Assembly (NCBI GenBank): GCA_947649645.1
Contig: CANSSP010000014.1
Coordinates: 7,067 to 71,066, forward strand
Direction of reading: 5' to 3'
Source of the DNA: an uncultured Roseburia sp.
Lineage (GTDB): Bacteria > Bacillota > Clostridia > Lachnospirales > Lachnospiraceae
DNA length: 64,000 nt
A model generated the notes under the pieces. It saw only the letters and a program-made list of their open reading frames with translations. It was not told where the DNA came from and made no database searches. Of the stretch, positions 27,868-36,061 are shown piece by piece. Made by a program: the position numbers and the translations under genes. How positions within the stretch are numbered: the stretch's first letter is position 1; the number at the start of each line of letters is the position of its first letter.

Positions 27868-29136
27868 TTACGTAAACGCCAGTTCATCCTCGTCAGCGTC
27901 TTCTTCCTGCGTCTGTTCGTTCTCTTCCGCCTCCGTCTCAAAATCAAAATCGGTGACAACCTCTGCCTCTTTCGCATCCGTCTGCTCCGGTGCAGCCGCC
28001 TTTCTGACAAACGCCACGACCTGATCCTTCTTTTCCTTCAGCCATACGAGCATTTTTTCCAGTCTGCGCTTCAAAGGGTGAATCACATTTTCCTCAAGAA
28101 CCGGCATCGCGTTTTCCTTAACCCAGCGGACGGCCGGTCTGTATATCTTATTTGCAAACACGCCGATTACGTCCGCGATCACCTTTTTTACCTTTTCCGC
28201 CGCCGATTTCACATGTGGCTTTGCCTCTTCCAGCGCCTTTTTTACGTACGGAATCGCTTTCTTTACGGACTCATAAGCAATATCGCTGACAGCCAGGAGC
28301 GCAAGAATGCTTAAAACAGTCGTGGAAGCAATCACCGTCAGCGCTCCCAGTCCCTGTAAAATCCCAAGCCCCGTAATCGCCGCCGCACACAGAAGAACGA
28401 GTCCTGTTACCGTGACCGCAAGCGCCGCCGGAATAGCCATCCAGACATAATCCATCGCCTTGTCCCCTTCACTCTCTGCGGTGTGAACCGCCGCAGCCGC
28501 AGCCGCTTCCTCCGCAGATATCTGCGGCTGTTCGCTTAAAAGCAGCGCTGCCGAGAGAATCATGAGATCTTCCCTGGCCTCGTCCGTAATACCGGCTGCA
28601 GCGCCCTCCGCCGTCTCCAGAATCGGTGTCCAGGATTCGTCTTTTGCCGCCCGCTTTACCGTATCGCGGATCCCTTCCCTGTCTTCCGGAAGGATGGATT
28701 CCAGCTCGGACCGCAGCGTCTCCAGCTCGCCTGCCGTAGCATTTGCCGCCAGCCCCTGCTCCGTATCGTGTGTCTTTGTCAGCATCTCCCTGACAAAATC
28801 CAGATCCATTCCCTGCTCTTTTAATTCCTCTTTCGAATATTCCAGATTCCTGAGCCCTGCCACATATTTCAGATCCGAAATCCTGCGAAACTGCGCCGCG
28901 ATATCTTTCCCGCACTGCTCGTCGATCTCCTCAAACACCGCGATGCGCACATCTCTTCCGGAATACTTCTTTTCCAGCCGGTCTGCCTCCGAATTGATCT
29001 CGTGAACCATCCTGCGGATCGACTCCGTCTGGTCTGCGATCGCATCCCCTAAGACTGCACGGATCGCCTCCTCCACGGAACATCCCTGATTCCTGTTTTT
29101 TGCCATCTCTTCCAGTTTACTGTTTATCTCGCTCAT
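27868..29136 (-). CDS. Membrane protein with helical N-domain, central TM cluster and acidic C-terminal tail (last gene of the AAA+/GTPase operon)
   Basis: The start at MSEINSKLEEMAK follows AGAGGAGGAA. The hydrophobic stretch MDYVWMAIPAALAVTVTGLVLLCAAAITGLGILQGLGALTVIASTTVLSILALLAV predicts two to three TM helices. The C-terminus is EAEENEQTQEEDADEDELAFT. I recognised no family. Confidence 0.7.
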   Translation of the reverse strand: MSEINSKLEEMAKNRNQGCSVEEAIRAVLGDAIADQTESIRRMVHEINSEADRLEKKYSGRDVRIAVFEEIDEQCGKDIAAQFRRISDLKYVAGLRNLEYSKEELKEQGMDLDFVREMLTKTHDTEQGLAANATAGELETLRSELESILPEDREGIRDTVKRAAKDESWTPILETAEGAAAGITDEAREDLMILSAALLLSEQPQISAEEAAAAAAVHTAESEGDKAMDYVWMAIPAALAVTVTGLVLLCAAAITGLGILQGLGALTVIASTTVLSILALLAVSDIAYESVKKAIPYVKKALEEAKPHVKSAAEKVKKVIADVIGVFANKIYRPAVRWVKENAMPVLEENVIHPLKRRLEKMLVWLKEKKDQVVAFVRKAAAPEQTDAKEAEVVTDFDFETEAEENEQTQEEDADEDELAFT

Positions 29137-29164
29137 AGATGATTCCTCCTCTCTGTTTAATCGT

Positions 29165-29193
29165 AGTATATACAATCAACATCTAAATGTCAA
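29165..29193 (-). promoter_or_regulatory. Internal sigma-A promoter in front of the last operon gene
   Basis: The minus strand reads TTGACA-17 nt (TTTAGATGTTGATTGTA)-TATACT, about 30 nt upstream of ATG 29136. Confidence 0.5.
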
Positions 29194-29217
29194 TCTTTTA
29201 TTTGTATTTTATTTAGA
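29176..29217. repeat. Copy A of a duplicated AT-rich promoter-proximal motif
   Basis: TCAACATCTAAATGTCAATCTTTTATTTGTATTTTATTTAGA shares four blocks with copy B at 36058-36094: TCAACA, AAATGTC, TTTTAT and a 15-nt identical run TGTATTTTATTTAGA. Confidence 0.6.
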
Positions 29218-30952
29218 TATTTTTTAATTTTTCTATTTCCATTTTGATAAAAGCATCCAGCCGGTTGTCGTAACGGCTTTTCCCGTCCTCTGCATCACTC
29301 TCACAGGATGCGCTGCTAAAGCCCGCTCTCAGGGAAGACTGGCTGTACCTGGCGATCTCCTCCGCATTCGTCTCGCTGAACACCTTCATTTTTCGAAATT
29401 CCCGAAGGAGAACCTCCGACAGATGCTCTCTGTCATATGCCTCCTTCGCCTCCCTGTCCGCCGTTCCGCCATAATCCAGATACAGTCTCCTGAACCCGGC
29501 AGATACCAGCGCACTCGCATCTGCCCCGGTCATAAACCTTTTTTCCGCCGTCGCGATCGCGATAAGCTCATCAACCGCGGCTTCCGCCACAGGCTGCACA
29601 TGCACCCGCTCCGGTTTTTGCAGATGCACCATCAGAATCCCACGCAGCTCTTTCTCCGTCGGCATCGATGTAAAGAAGCATTCGTCAAAACGGCCTTTCC
29701 GGAAAAACTCCGGCGGCAGTCCGGCAATGCTGTTTGCCGTGGCGATAATGTAGCAGGAGCTCTTCTTCTCCTGAAGCCAGGTCAGAAAACTGCCTGTCAT
29801 ACGCTTTAAATAAGCGCTGTCGCCATTCCCTCCCCCGCCGGAGCCTGCAAATCCCTTCTCAATCTCGTCGATCCACAAAATGCACGGCGCCATCTCCTCC
29901 GCCTGTCTTTGTGCATTGCGCAGATTCCGCTCGCTGTCGCCCACATGGCCGCCCATCATGCGCCCCATCTCAAGCCGGATCAGCGGCATCTTGAGCTCTG
30001 CAGCCGCATACTGCGCAAACAATGATTTTCCGGTTCCCGGAAGTCCCATGATAAGGATTCCCTTCGGCACGTCAACCCCCTGCTTTCCGGCCTCCTGAAG
30101 GCTGCTCATAATTCTGCCGCTCTCGCGCAGATACTGTTCCAGCCTCTCCATATTCGCCATGTCCACGTGCCTGACCATCTTCCACTCCAGAAGCTTGTCT
30201 TTTTCCAGAAGCTTTCCCTTTTCACTGCCGATCAGTTCAAGAATCCGCTTACGCTGCGGGTCAAATGCCTCCTCACCGTACATCCGCTCTGCCCGCTGCA
30301 TCAGATAGTCCATCTCAAAACACTGGAATCCCTGCAGATAAGAAACGATCTCATGTTTAAAATTTTCTTCGATCTTCAGATTCCGTCTGGCCAGAAGCTC
30401 CTCCACGTTTTCGCGGATTTCAACGGGCCCGGGCTTTTCCCCGTGAATCACGTGCACGTAAGGAAAAAGTCCATCCGGCAGATTTTCGATTCTGTCCACG
30501 GTAAGGAGGATGAGCATCCTCCCGTCTGCGCTTTCCGTCTTAAGAAAACGGGACAGCGCAGACACACAGCGGATCTGGTTTTCCCGGTCAAACTGCTGAA
30601 AATCTTCAACGATAAGAAAACCCGCCATATGCTCCCCGGCCAGTTTTTCCAGTGCAACGGCGGCGTAACTCGCCGGATGTACATCGGCAAGTCCAAGCAC
30701 GTCGTCTGGAAGTCTGCGCTGGATATTCAGTCCCTGACAGACGACAGGGGCATACACGACTTTTCCCGACACCGTTTTTTCTCCGTACCGCAATATCATA
30801 TACGGAGCCGTCTTCCCCTTAAAATAATTCCTGTACAAAAGCTCCGTCACAGGCTCCCATTCCTGCCGGTGCCCCATCTCCAGAACAATTCCACACTTAC
30901 CGCTGGAATATACCTGATATATCTCCTCCGCCATCTTCTCCGCTGCGCGCAT
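29213..30952 (-). CDS. Classical-clade AAA+ ATPase with an uncharacterised ~290-aa N-terminal region
   Basis: Walker A is GLPGTGKS, Walker B is ILWIDEIEK and sensor 1 is IIATAN. The second region of homology, LPPEFFRKGRFDECFFTSMPTEKELRGIL, carries Arg fingers. AGGAGAA lies 7 nt before the ATG. Confidence 0.85.
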   Translation of the reverse strand: MRAAEKMAEEIYQVYSSGKCGIVLEMGHRQEWEPVTELLYRNYFKGKTAPYMILRYGEKTVSGKVVYAPVVCQGLNIQRRLPDDVLGLADVHPASYAAVALEKLAGEHMAGFLIVEDFQQFDRENQIRCVSALSRFLKTESADGRMLILLTVDRIENLPDGLFPYVHVIHGEKPGPVEIRENVEELLARRNLKIEENFKHEIVSYLQGFQCFEMDYLMQRAERMYGEEAFDPQRKRILELIGSEKGKLLEKDKLLEWKMVRHVDMANMERLEQYLRESGRIMSSLQEAGKQGVDVPKGILIMGLPGTGKSLFAQYAAAELKMPLIRLEMGRMMGGHVGDSERNLRNAQRQAEEMAPCILWIDEIEKGFAGSGGGGNGDSAYLKRMTGSFLTWLQEKKSSCYIIATANSIAGLPPEFFRKGRFDECFFTSMPTEKELRGILMVHLQKPERVHVQPVAEAAVDELIAIATAEKRFMTGADASALVSAGFRRLYLDYGGTADREAKEAYDREHLSEVLLREFRKMKVFSETNAEEIARYSQSSLRAGFSSASCESDAEDGKSRYDNRLDAFIKMEIEKLKNI

Positions 30953-30998
30953 CGCTCTCTTCTCCTTCCTGACACCCCGGATAACTCCGCCATGCGGG

Positions 30999-31898
30999 TT
31001 ACTGTAACAACGACAAAAGCAGCAAACCTGCCGCAGCCGCAGCCAGAATCCAGACAGGCAGATTCCATCGTCTCCGGGGCAGCGCCGGTTCCTCCTGCCT
31101 GTTCTTCACCTCTGTCCGCAGCTGTTCCGTCCGCCGCACCAGCGCCTCCCGCTCTTTTTTTCTCTTCTCTTCTTCCGCAGACTCCCGCTCCAGCTGTACT
31201 TTCAGACTGCCCTCTTCCGCAGACTCCGTCCGATACAAAATCGCCACATCCTCCGTCACCGTCGTCATCCCGTCCGGAAAGAGATCCAGCATTTTTTTTG
31301 CATCCTCCACGCACAACAGCCCTGTCGCGGCCGGCCTCTGCAGGCCCTCTTTCCACAGCTTCTCATCTGCCGCTTCCGAACTCTTTATGATATTCCATTT
31401 TTCTCTCCGGCGGCCTGCGTCCACACAGGTCCCGCAGCCGGCAGGAGGCGGGGCCTCCGATTTGGACAATACGGTTCTGGCCGCAGATTCCCGCAAATTT
31501 GTGCCGTACTCCACACCCTGGATTTCACACAGCTCTTTTTTGAGCGGTTCAAACAGCTCATCCTCCCTCCGGTACTGCCGGATGTCTTTTCCGGTAAAGC
31601 CAAATGCCAGCACACAGTACTGTCTGCGGAACGCGCCTCCTGTAAAAGCTGTCCCCAGAAGTTCTTCCTGCTCTCCCGCCACGGCGGTTACATAGATCGC
31701 ATCGTCAAGAAAACCGGAAAACCAGCACCGCTGCCGTTGTGCCGCCCCATATCGTTTCGCCGTGGACAGCATGCGTCTTGAAATCGTCTTCATGATATCC
31801 CGGTGCACGTCAAGGCCCGGGTCGCATCTGCGGATAAGGTAATCTCCCTCATCCCCCTTTTTTCTCGCGTTTGCATATATCCAGAAATACACCGCCAT
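30999..31898 (-). CDS. Hypothetical protein, paralogue B (C-terminal coiled coil plus TM anchor)
   Basis: It starts MAVYFWIYANARKKGDEGDY after GGAGGTAGGC. It shares two conserved blocks with the upstream gene product. It ends with a charged coiled coil and the hydrophobic tail WNLPVWILAAAAAGLLLLSLLQ. Confidence 0.7.
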   Translation of the reverse strand: MAVYFWIYANARKKGDEGDYLIRRCDPGLDVHRDIMKTISRRMLSTAKRYGAAQRQRCWFSGFLDDAIYVTAVAGEQEELLGTAFTGGAFRRQYCVLAFGFTGKDIRQYRREDELFEPLKKELCEIQGVEYGTNLRESAARTVLSKSEAPPPAGCGTCVDAGRRREKWNIIKSSEAADEKLWKEGLQRPAATGLLCVEDAKKMLDLFPDGMTTVTEDVAILYRTESAEEGSLKVQLERESAEEEKRKKEREALVRRTEQLRTEVKNRQEEPALPRRRWNLPVWILAAAAAGLLLLSLLQ

Positions 31899-31927
31899 GC
31901 CTACCTCCTATGCCAGAACTTCTTTCC

Positions 31928-33139
31928 CTACTCTGCGTCGTCTTCTCCTCTGAGCCGCAGAACCGCCCTGCGCAGCATACAATTGGTCTGAAGCAGTTTC
32001 TTTTCGGCGACCTGCTCCTCCATTGACTGAAGCAGCAAAGGCAGCTCTTTGCCAGCCGGCAGCTTTCTGTCCTCCTGCCGGAAGATCCACAGCCGCATAC
32101 AACAGAAATAAAAAAGCTGTTCCGCGACTTCCCCTGTCCGTTTCATCTTCTGCACCGCCTTATGCGCCACGGCAACCTCTTCCGGCCACAGTTCGCTCTT
32201 ACAGTGTTCGGCACACACCCTGATTTCCCTGCGCTTTACTTTTCCATACCGGGACTTTCTTAAATCCACTACCAGATCTGCCGCCGTCCGGGACGGCCTG
32301 CCAGAGCTTCTCTCTCCGTCCGCGCCCAAGGCCTGTGATGCGGCACTTTCTCCTGCAGGTCCGGAACGCTCTTTCCTGTACACTTCTGCCGCGGTATCCT
32401 TCACCGCCGCTGTCTTTTCCGCTCTGACCAGGATGCCGCTCGCTCTTAATTTTTTCCTGTCGTCCTCGCTCAGTCCCGATGCCGGAAACTGCTGCGGACG
32501 CAGTTCTCCCGTCACTGTGACAATTCCGTCCGGAAACACTCCCAGAAGTTTTTTTGCATCCGCCTCGCTCAAAATTCCCGTCATTACAGGCCTCTGCAGA
32601 CTCATCTGCCACAGCGTGGCATCCACATCCGGCGAACTGGGAACTATATTGCCGCGTGCATCATGCCTGGCCGCATCAGACACCGTCTCCCGATATGCCC
32701 CGTAATCCTGCCGTTCCAGCGGCCCCTCCGCCGTCCCTTTCCCGTCCGTCTGCTGTATCTGGCTTAAAATCTTCTCCAGCGGCTTGAAAACACGCAGATC
32801 CCTGCGCACAAGTCCGATATCATCTCCGTCAAACCCCAGCGCAAATACGCCGTACTGCCTCCTGAAGCCACCCCCATCCAGGGACATCGCCAGAAGCTCT
32901 TCCTGCCTTCCCGCCGCGGCCACCACAAAAAACCGTATCTTTTTATCAAGAAAACCGGAAAACCAGCAAATCTGCGCCTCTGCCTCCCCATAACGCTTTG
33001 ACGTGGAGAGCATGCAGCGCGAAAGGGAAATCATCTGCGTCCGGTATTTTGTAAACTGCGGATCACAAAACCGCACCTGATAATCTCCGCTGTCCCCTTT
33101 TCTCTTTGCGTTTGCATAAATCCATCCATATACCGCCAT
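31928..33139 (-). CDS. Hypothetical protein, paralogue A (soluble C-terminal extension)
   Basis: The start is chosen at the ATG giving MAVYGWIYANAKRKGDSGDY, with GGAGG 5 nt upstream. The track ORF begins 12 nt earlier at a GTG. The N-terminal ~130 aa and the LW..LQRP..TG.L...DAKK.L..FPDG..TVT block are shared with paralogue B. Confidence 0.7.
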   Translation of the reverse strand: MAVYGWIYANAKRKGDSGDYQVRFCDPQFTKYRTQMISLSRCMLSTSKRYGEAEAQICWFSGFLDKKIRFFVVAAAGRQEELLAMSLDGGGFRRQYGVFALGFDGDDIGLVRRDLRVFKPLEKILSQIQQTDGKGTAEGPLERQDYGAYRETVSDAARHDARGNIVPSSPDVDATLWQMSLQRPVMTGILSEADAKKLLGVFPDGIVTVTGELRPQQFPASGLSEDDRKKLRASGILVRAEKTAAVKDTAAEVYRKERSGPAGESAASQALGADGERSSGRPSRTAADLVVDLRKSRYGKVKRREIRVCAEHCKSELWPEEVAVAHKAVQKMKRTGEVAEQLFYFCCMRLWIFRQEDRKLPAGKELPLLLQSMEEQVAEKKLLQTNCMLRRAVLRLRGEDDAE

Positions 33140-33183
33140 TTCTGCCTCCACGCATCTTTATCTCTTTTCTTCCGGCCGATCGT

Positions 33184-34353
33184 TTACCGGAAAAATTCTT
33201 CAAGCGGAATCCGCTCTCCTTTTTCGTCCACAAGACAGGCGTAACTGCCCGACCCTACATAATCCAGAATGTCCTGTGAATACTTCTTAAGCGTATTGTT
33301 CTGTTTCATTCTTTCCTGCTCGACTTTCAGCTCTCCGATCTCTTCTTTTGCTTTCTGGATCTGAAATTCCAGCCTGCGGATATCTTCCCTCTCCATTTTC
33401 AGGATTTTTAAAAGCCTTGTCTGGAACTGGTTTGCAATCGCCCCTTTTTTCTCCATTTTGTTGAAAACTGCCAGCTCCTGTTCTGCAATGGCCGCGTCAA
33501 TCTTTGCATTTTCTTCCTGTTCCCACTCTTTTCCCGCCTCTGACAAAGCATAACCGACCGTGAGCATCAGAGGAATCTCAAATCCCTCGGGCGCAAACCC
33601 GGCAACGATATTGTTTCTCTCTTCACTCAGCCGGATATCGCGCCCGAGCGTGGAGTGGCAGCATAAAATTTTACGGCCGCATTTCAGCAGCTCGTTTGCC
33701 TTGAGAAATGAAACAATCTCTTCGAGTTTGCGGTTATCATCGTCATACTTGATGTAATCGGACTGCGTGACGTAAAAAAGAACCGGCGTCTCGTCGCCAC
33801 TGCCCCTGAGCTCCTTCGTCTTTTCCATCAGTGTGTTGATATGCGAAACCTCCTCGCTGATATCAATCCTTTTGAGCGCCTTTTTTTCTCCCGTCAGGCT
33901 GCCGTCCCTGATGGAAATAAAATCGTTGATCAGCTCTCCCGAAATAATATAAATCAGCAGCGTCGCACGTTCCAGCATCTCAAAAAAATGTTCCCAGTCC
34001 CCGTCGTCATAATCCGTCGTCCGCAAAGACCCGCGATAGTCCATCCAGCGGATCTGGCAAAGCTTCTCACCGTTTCTGCGGAATGCAAAATCATAGATAT
34101 GATCGTCCGTGCTGCCGACCGGAAGCGTCCCCTTAATCATATCCCTGTACTTCTCGGCAAAATCGTGAATATCGCCCCCTGCAGAATTGCCGCTCGCAAT
34201 CAGGTCAAACCGGATATCGCCGCCCAGGGCAACCCCTCCGTCCATTGCCATTTTAAAAAAGGTATTGCAGGCCGCCACGGTCTTTCCGCTTCCCGAGCCC
34301 CCTGTGGCAAGGATATTTGCCCTTTTATTTCCAAAAAACTGAATCTTTTCCAT
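33184..34353 (-). CDS. P-loop NTPase with GTPase-like motifs and a C-terminal coiled coil
   Basis: G1/Walker A is GGSGSGKT (aa 18-25). A G3-like motif is WMDYRG and a G4-like motif is VTQSDY. The C-terminal ~110 aa are heptad-rich and charged (IRRLEFQIQKAKEEIGELKVEQERMKQ). Confidence 0.7.
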   Translation of the reverse strand: MEKIQFFGNKRANILATGGSGSGKTVAACNTFFKMAMDGGVALGGDIRFDLIASGNSAGGDIHDFAEKYRDMIKGTLPVGSTDDHIYDFAFRRNGEKLCQIRWMDYRGSLRTTDYDDGDWEHFFEMLERATLLIYIISGELINDFISIRDGSLTGEKKALKRIDISEEVSHINTLMEKTKELRGSGDETPVLFYVTQSDYIKYDDDNRKLEEIVSFLKANELLKCGRKILCCHSTLGRDIRLSEERNNIVAGFAPEGFEIPLMLTVGYALSEAGKEWEQEENAKIDAAIAEQELAVFNKMEKKGAIANQFQTRLLKILKMEREDIRRLEFQIQKAKEEIGELKVEQERMKQNNTLKKYSQDILDYVGSGSYACLVDEKGERIPLEEFFR

Positions 34354-34394
34354 GTCGTGTTCCTCTCTTCTTTCCGTACCAGAAATACTGTTCT

Positions 34395-34913
34395 CTATGA
34401 TTCCAGCCTTTTATGGATGTCTTCGATCATTTTATCGCAGTTCTCGATAAACATCTCCAGCATGACATACTCTTTTAGTTTCTCCTTTTTCAGCTCCGCA
34501 ATTCTCTCAGCCTGCTCCAGCAGATATCCGCGCATTTCCTGCGTGTCTTTCTGCTCCGGCGATGCCGCTGCCAGCCGGACCTTCCACTCGATCAGCATCT
34601 CGTTCTCCTTCCTGAGATAAGAGTCTGCCGCAGAATCTTCCTTTTCCGTCAGCATCCTTACCTTTGGCACAGGCTCCATGGAAAGACAACGCTTTTTATA
34701 TTCCCCCAGCATCGCAGGCGTGATCTTGTCAAAGCACCGGAGCACCTCATCCTCCGCAATCTGATACCCCTCTTTGTTGGACTTTAACAGAGCCTTCAGC
34801 CTGATATCAGGATCGTCGATCATCTTTTTAATTTTTTTGCTCAGATACTGCTTATTCCCTCCCGTGATCTCCGAAAGCATCCCCACGGTAAACATAAATG
34901 TCTCGTCAAGCAT
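34395..34913 (-). CDS. Small HTH-like / coiled-coil protein
   Basis: The start at MLDETFMFTVGML follows GGAG 8 nt upstream and overlaps the upstream stop by 8 nt. The upstream part of the longer track ORF is R-rich and overlaps the preceding gene. The N-terminus (FTVGMLSEITGGNKQYLSKKIKKM) looks like an HTH. The C-terminus is a coiled coil. Confidence 0.6.
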   Translation of the reverse strand: MLDETFMFTVGMLSEITGGNKQYLSKKIKKMIDDPDIRLKALLKSNKEGYQIAEDEVLRCFDKITPAMLGEYKKRCLSMEPVPKVRMLTEKEDSAADSYLRKENEMLIEWKVRLAAASPEQKDTQEMRGYLLEQAERIAELKKEKLKEYVMLEMFIENCDKMIEDIHKRLES

Positions 34914-35994
34914 CTTCAGACTCCGTTTCATCATCCCATTCTTTATCAGTGAGGTTCCATGCGTCCTCTCTCTCCGGCTCCAGCGCCTTCTGCCTCTCCG
35001 TCCCGGGGAAAAAGAACCGCAGAAAATCTTCTTTTTCCGGCAGGCCGATATCCTGCTTTTCTTTACAGTGCTTCCACAGGGAATGCAGGCCGACCACTGC
35101 CACCGTACACACAATGGCAGGCTCAAGCAGGACGGTCAGAACCTTTGCCGCGGCAAATACGGCTGCCACTGCCGCCAGAACCTTTGTATTTTTCTTTGAA
35201 AAAATCCGTCCCAGATATGCCTGCATCTGACGCGTCACACTTCCCGCGTCCTCCCCTTCTCTGATCATCGCGGCGGCGGAGACACAGACCGGAATGACCT
35301 GTTCCCATAAAAGCTCCTGCTCTTCTTTTGTAAACGGTTCTTCCCTGTCGCAGAAAATCATCTCCGACAACAGAAAGTTTGTCAGAAATCGAATGTCGCG
35401 GTCGATTTCTCCCCGCGACGGACTTGTAAATTCCGCCGGCCGGCCCACACCGATCTCCGCCAGGATTCTGCGCGTCTCATCATCATAGCCGGCTCCTGCA
35501 TAGCGCATCAGAGACACCACGTCTGCAAACAGCTCCTGCATCTCGCCGTCTGACACATCAGCGTCTGCCCGCGCCCACCTGGTCTCGTATTCCCGGTCAA
35601 ACATCTGTTTTAATCTTTCACCGGAATCCCCGTCGACAAACCGCAGAAAATGATAGCAGCTTAAGAGCTTCACATTCAGAAGATACCGGTACTGTTCCGC
35701 ACTATCCATCTCCAGCTCGCTGATTACATTGTCAAGCATCTCCGCGCCCTGCCAGGGTTCCAGCGGCTCCGATACCACAGCGGCTCCCACAAAAGCGGCA
35801 TATTGCTGCTCACTCTGTCTCCAGGCCGCGGCACGCCGGTAAAACACGGCCTGATGGTCGACCAGGTCTTTTTTCTCTTCTCTGTGAAATTCCACATATT
35901 TCTGCAGTGCAAAATCTTCGGCGCGGGCTTTGGGATGCTCTCTCTTATAAAGCAGCCACTCGTTCAAAATCGCTCCGATCTCTTTCTCCTCCAT
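34906..35994 (-). CDS. Membrane protein with helical N-domain, TM hairpin and acidic C-terminal tail (first gene of the operon)
   Basis: The start at MEEKEIGAILNEW follows GGGAGGGG. Two adjacent hydrophobic helices are present (VLAAVAAVFAAAKVLTVLL and AIVCTVAVVGLHSLW). The tail is ...NLTDKEWDDETESEDA. Confidence 0.65.
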   Translation of the reverse strand: MEEKEIGAILNEWLLYKREHPKARAEDFALQKYVEFHREEKKDLVDHQAVFYRRAAAWRQSEQQYAAFVGAAVVSEPLEPWQGAEMLDNVISELEMDSAEQYRYLLNVKLLSCYHFLRFVDGDSGERLKQMFDREYETRWARADADVSDGEMQELFADVVSLMRYAGAGYDDETRRILAEIGVGRPAEFTSPSRGEIDRDIRFLTNFLLSEMIFCDREEPFTKEEQELLWEQVIPVCVSAAAMIREGEDAGSVTRQMQAYLGRIFSKKNTKVLAAVAAVFAAAKVLTVLLEPAIVCTVAVVGLHSLWKHCKEKQDIGLPEKEDFLRFFFPGTERQKALEPEREDAWNLTDKEWDDETESEDA

Positions 35995-36033
35995 TACGAC
36001 CCCTCCCGTCGGACAACGCTCTTCTTCTTTTTT

Positions 36034-36061
36034 ATTATAATGGGATGTCAAAAAAAGTCAA
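36034..36061 (-). promoter_or_regulatory. Sigma-A promoter of the seven-gene operon
   Basis: The minus strand reads TTGACT-16 nt-TATAAT, about 40 nt upstream of ATG 35994. Confidence 0.55.
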
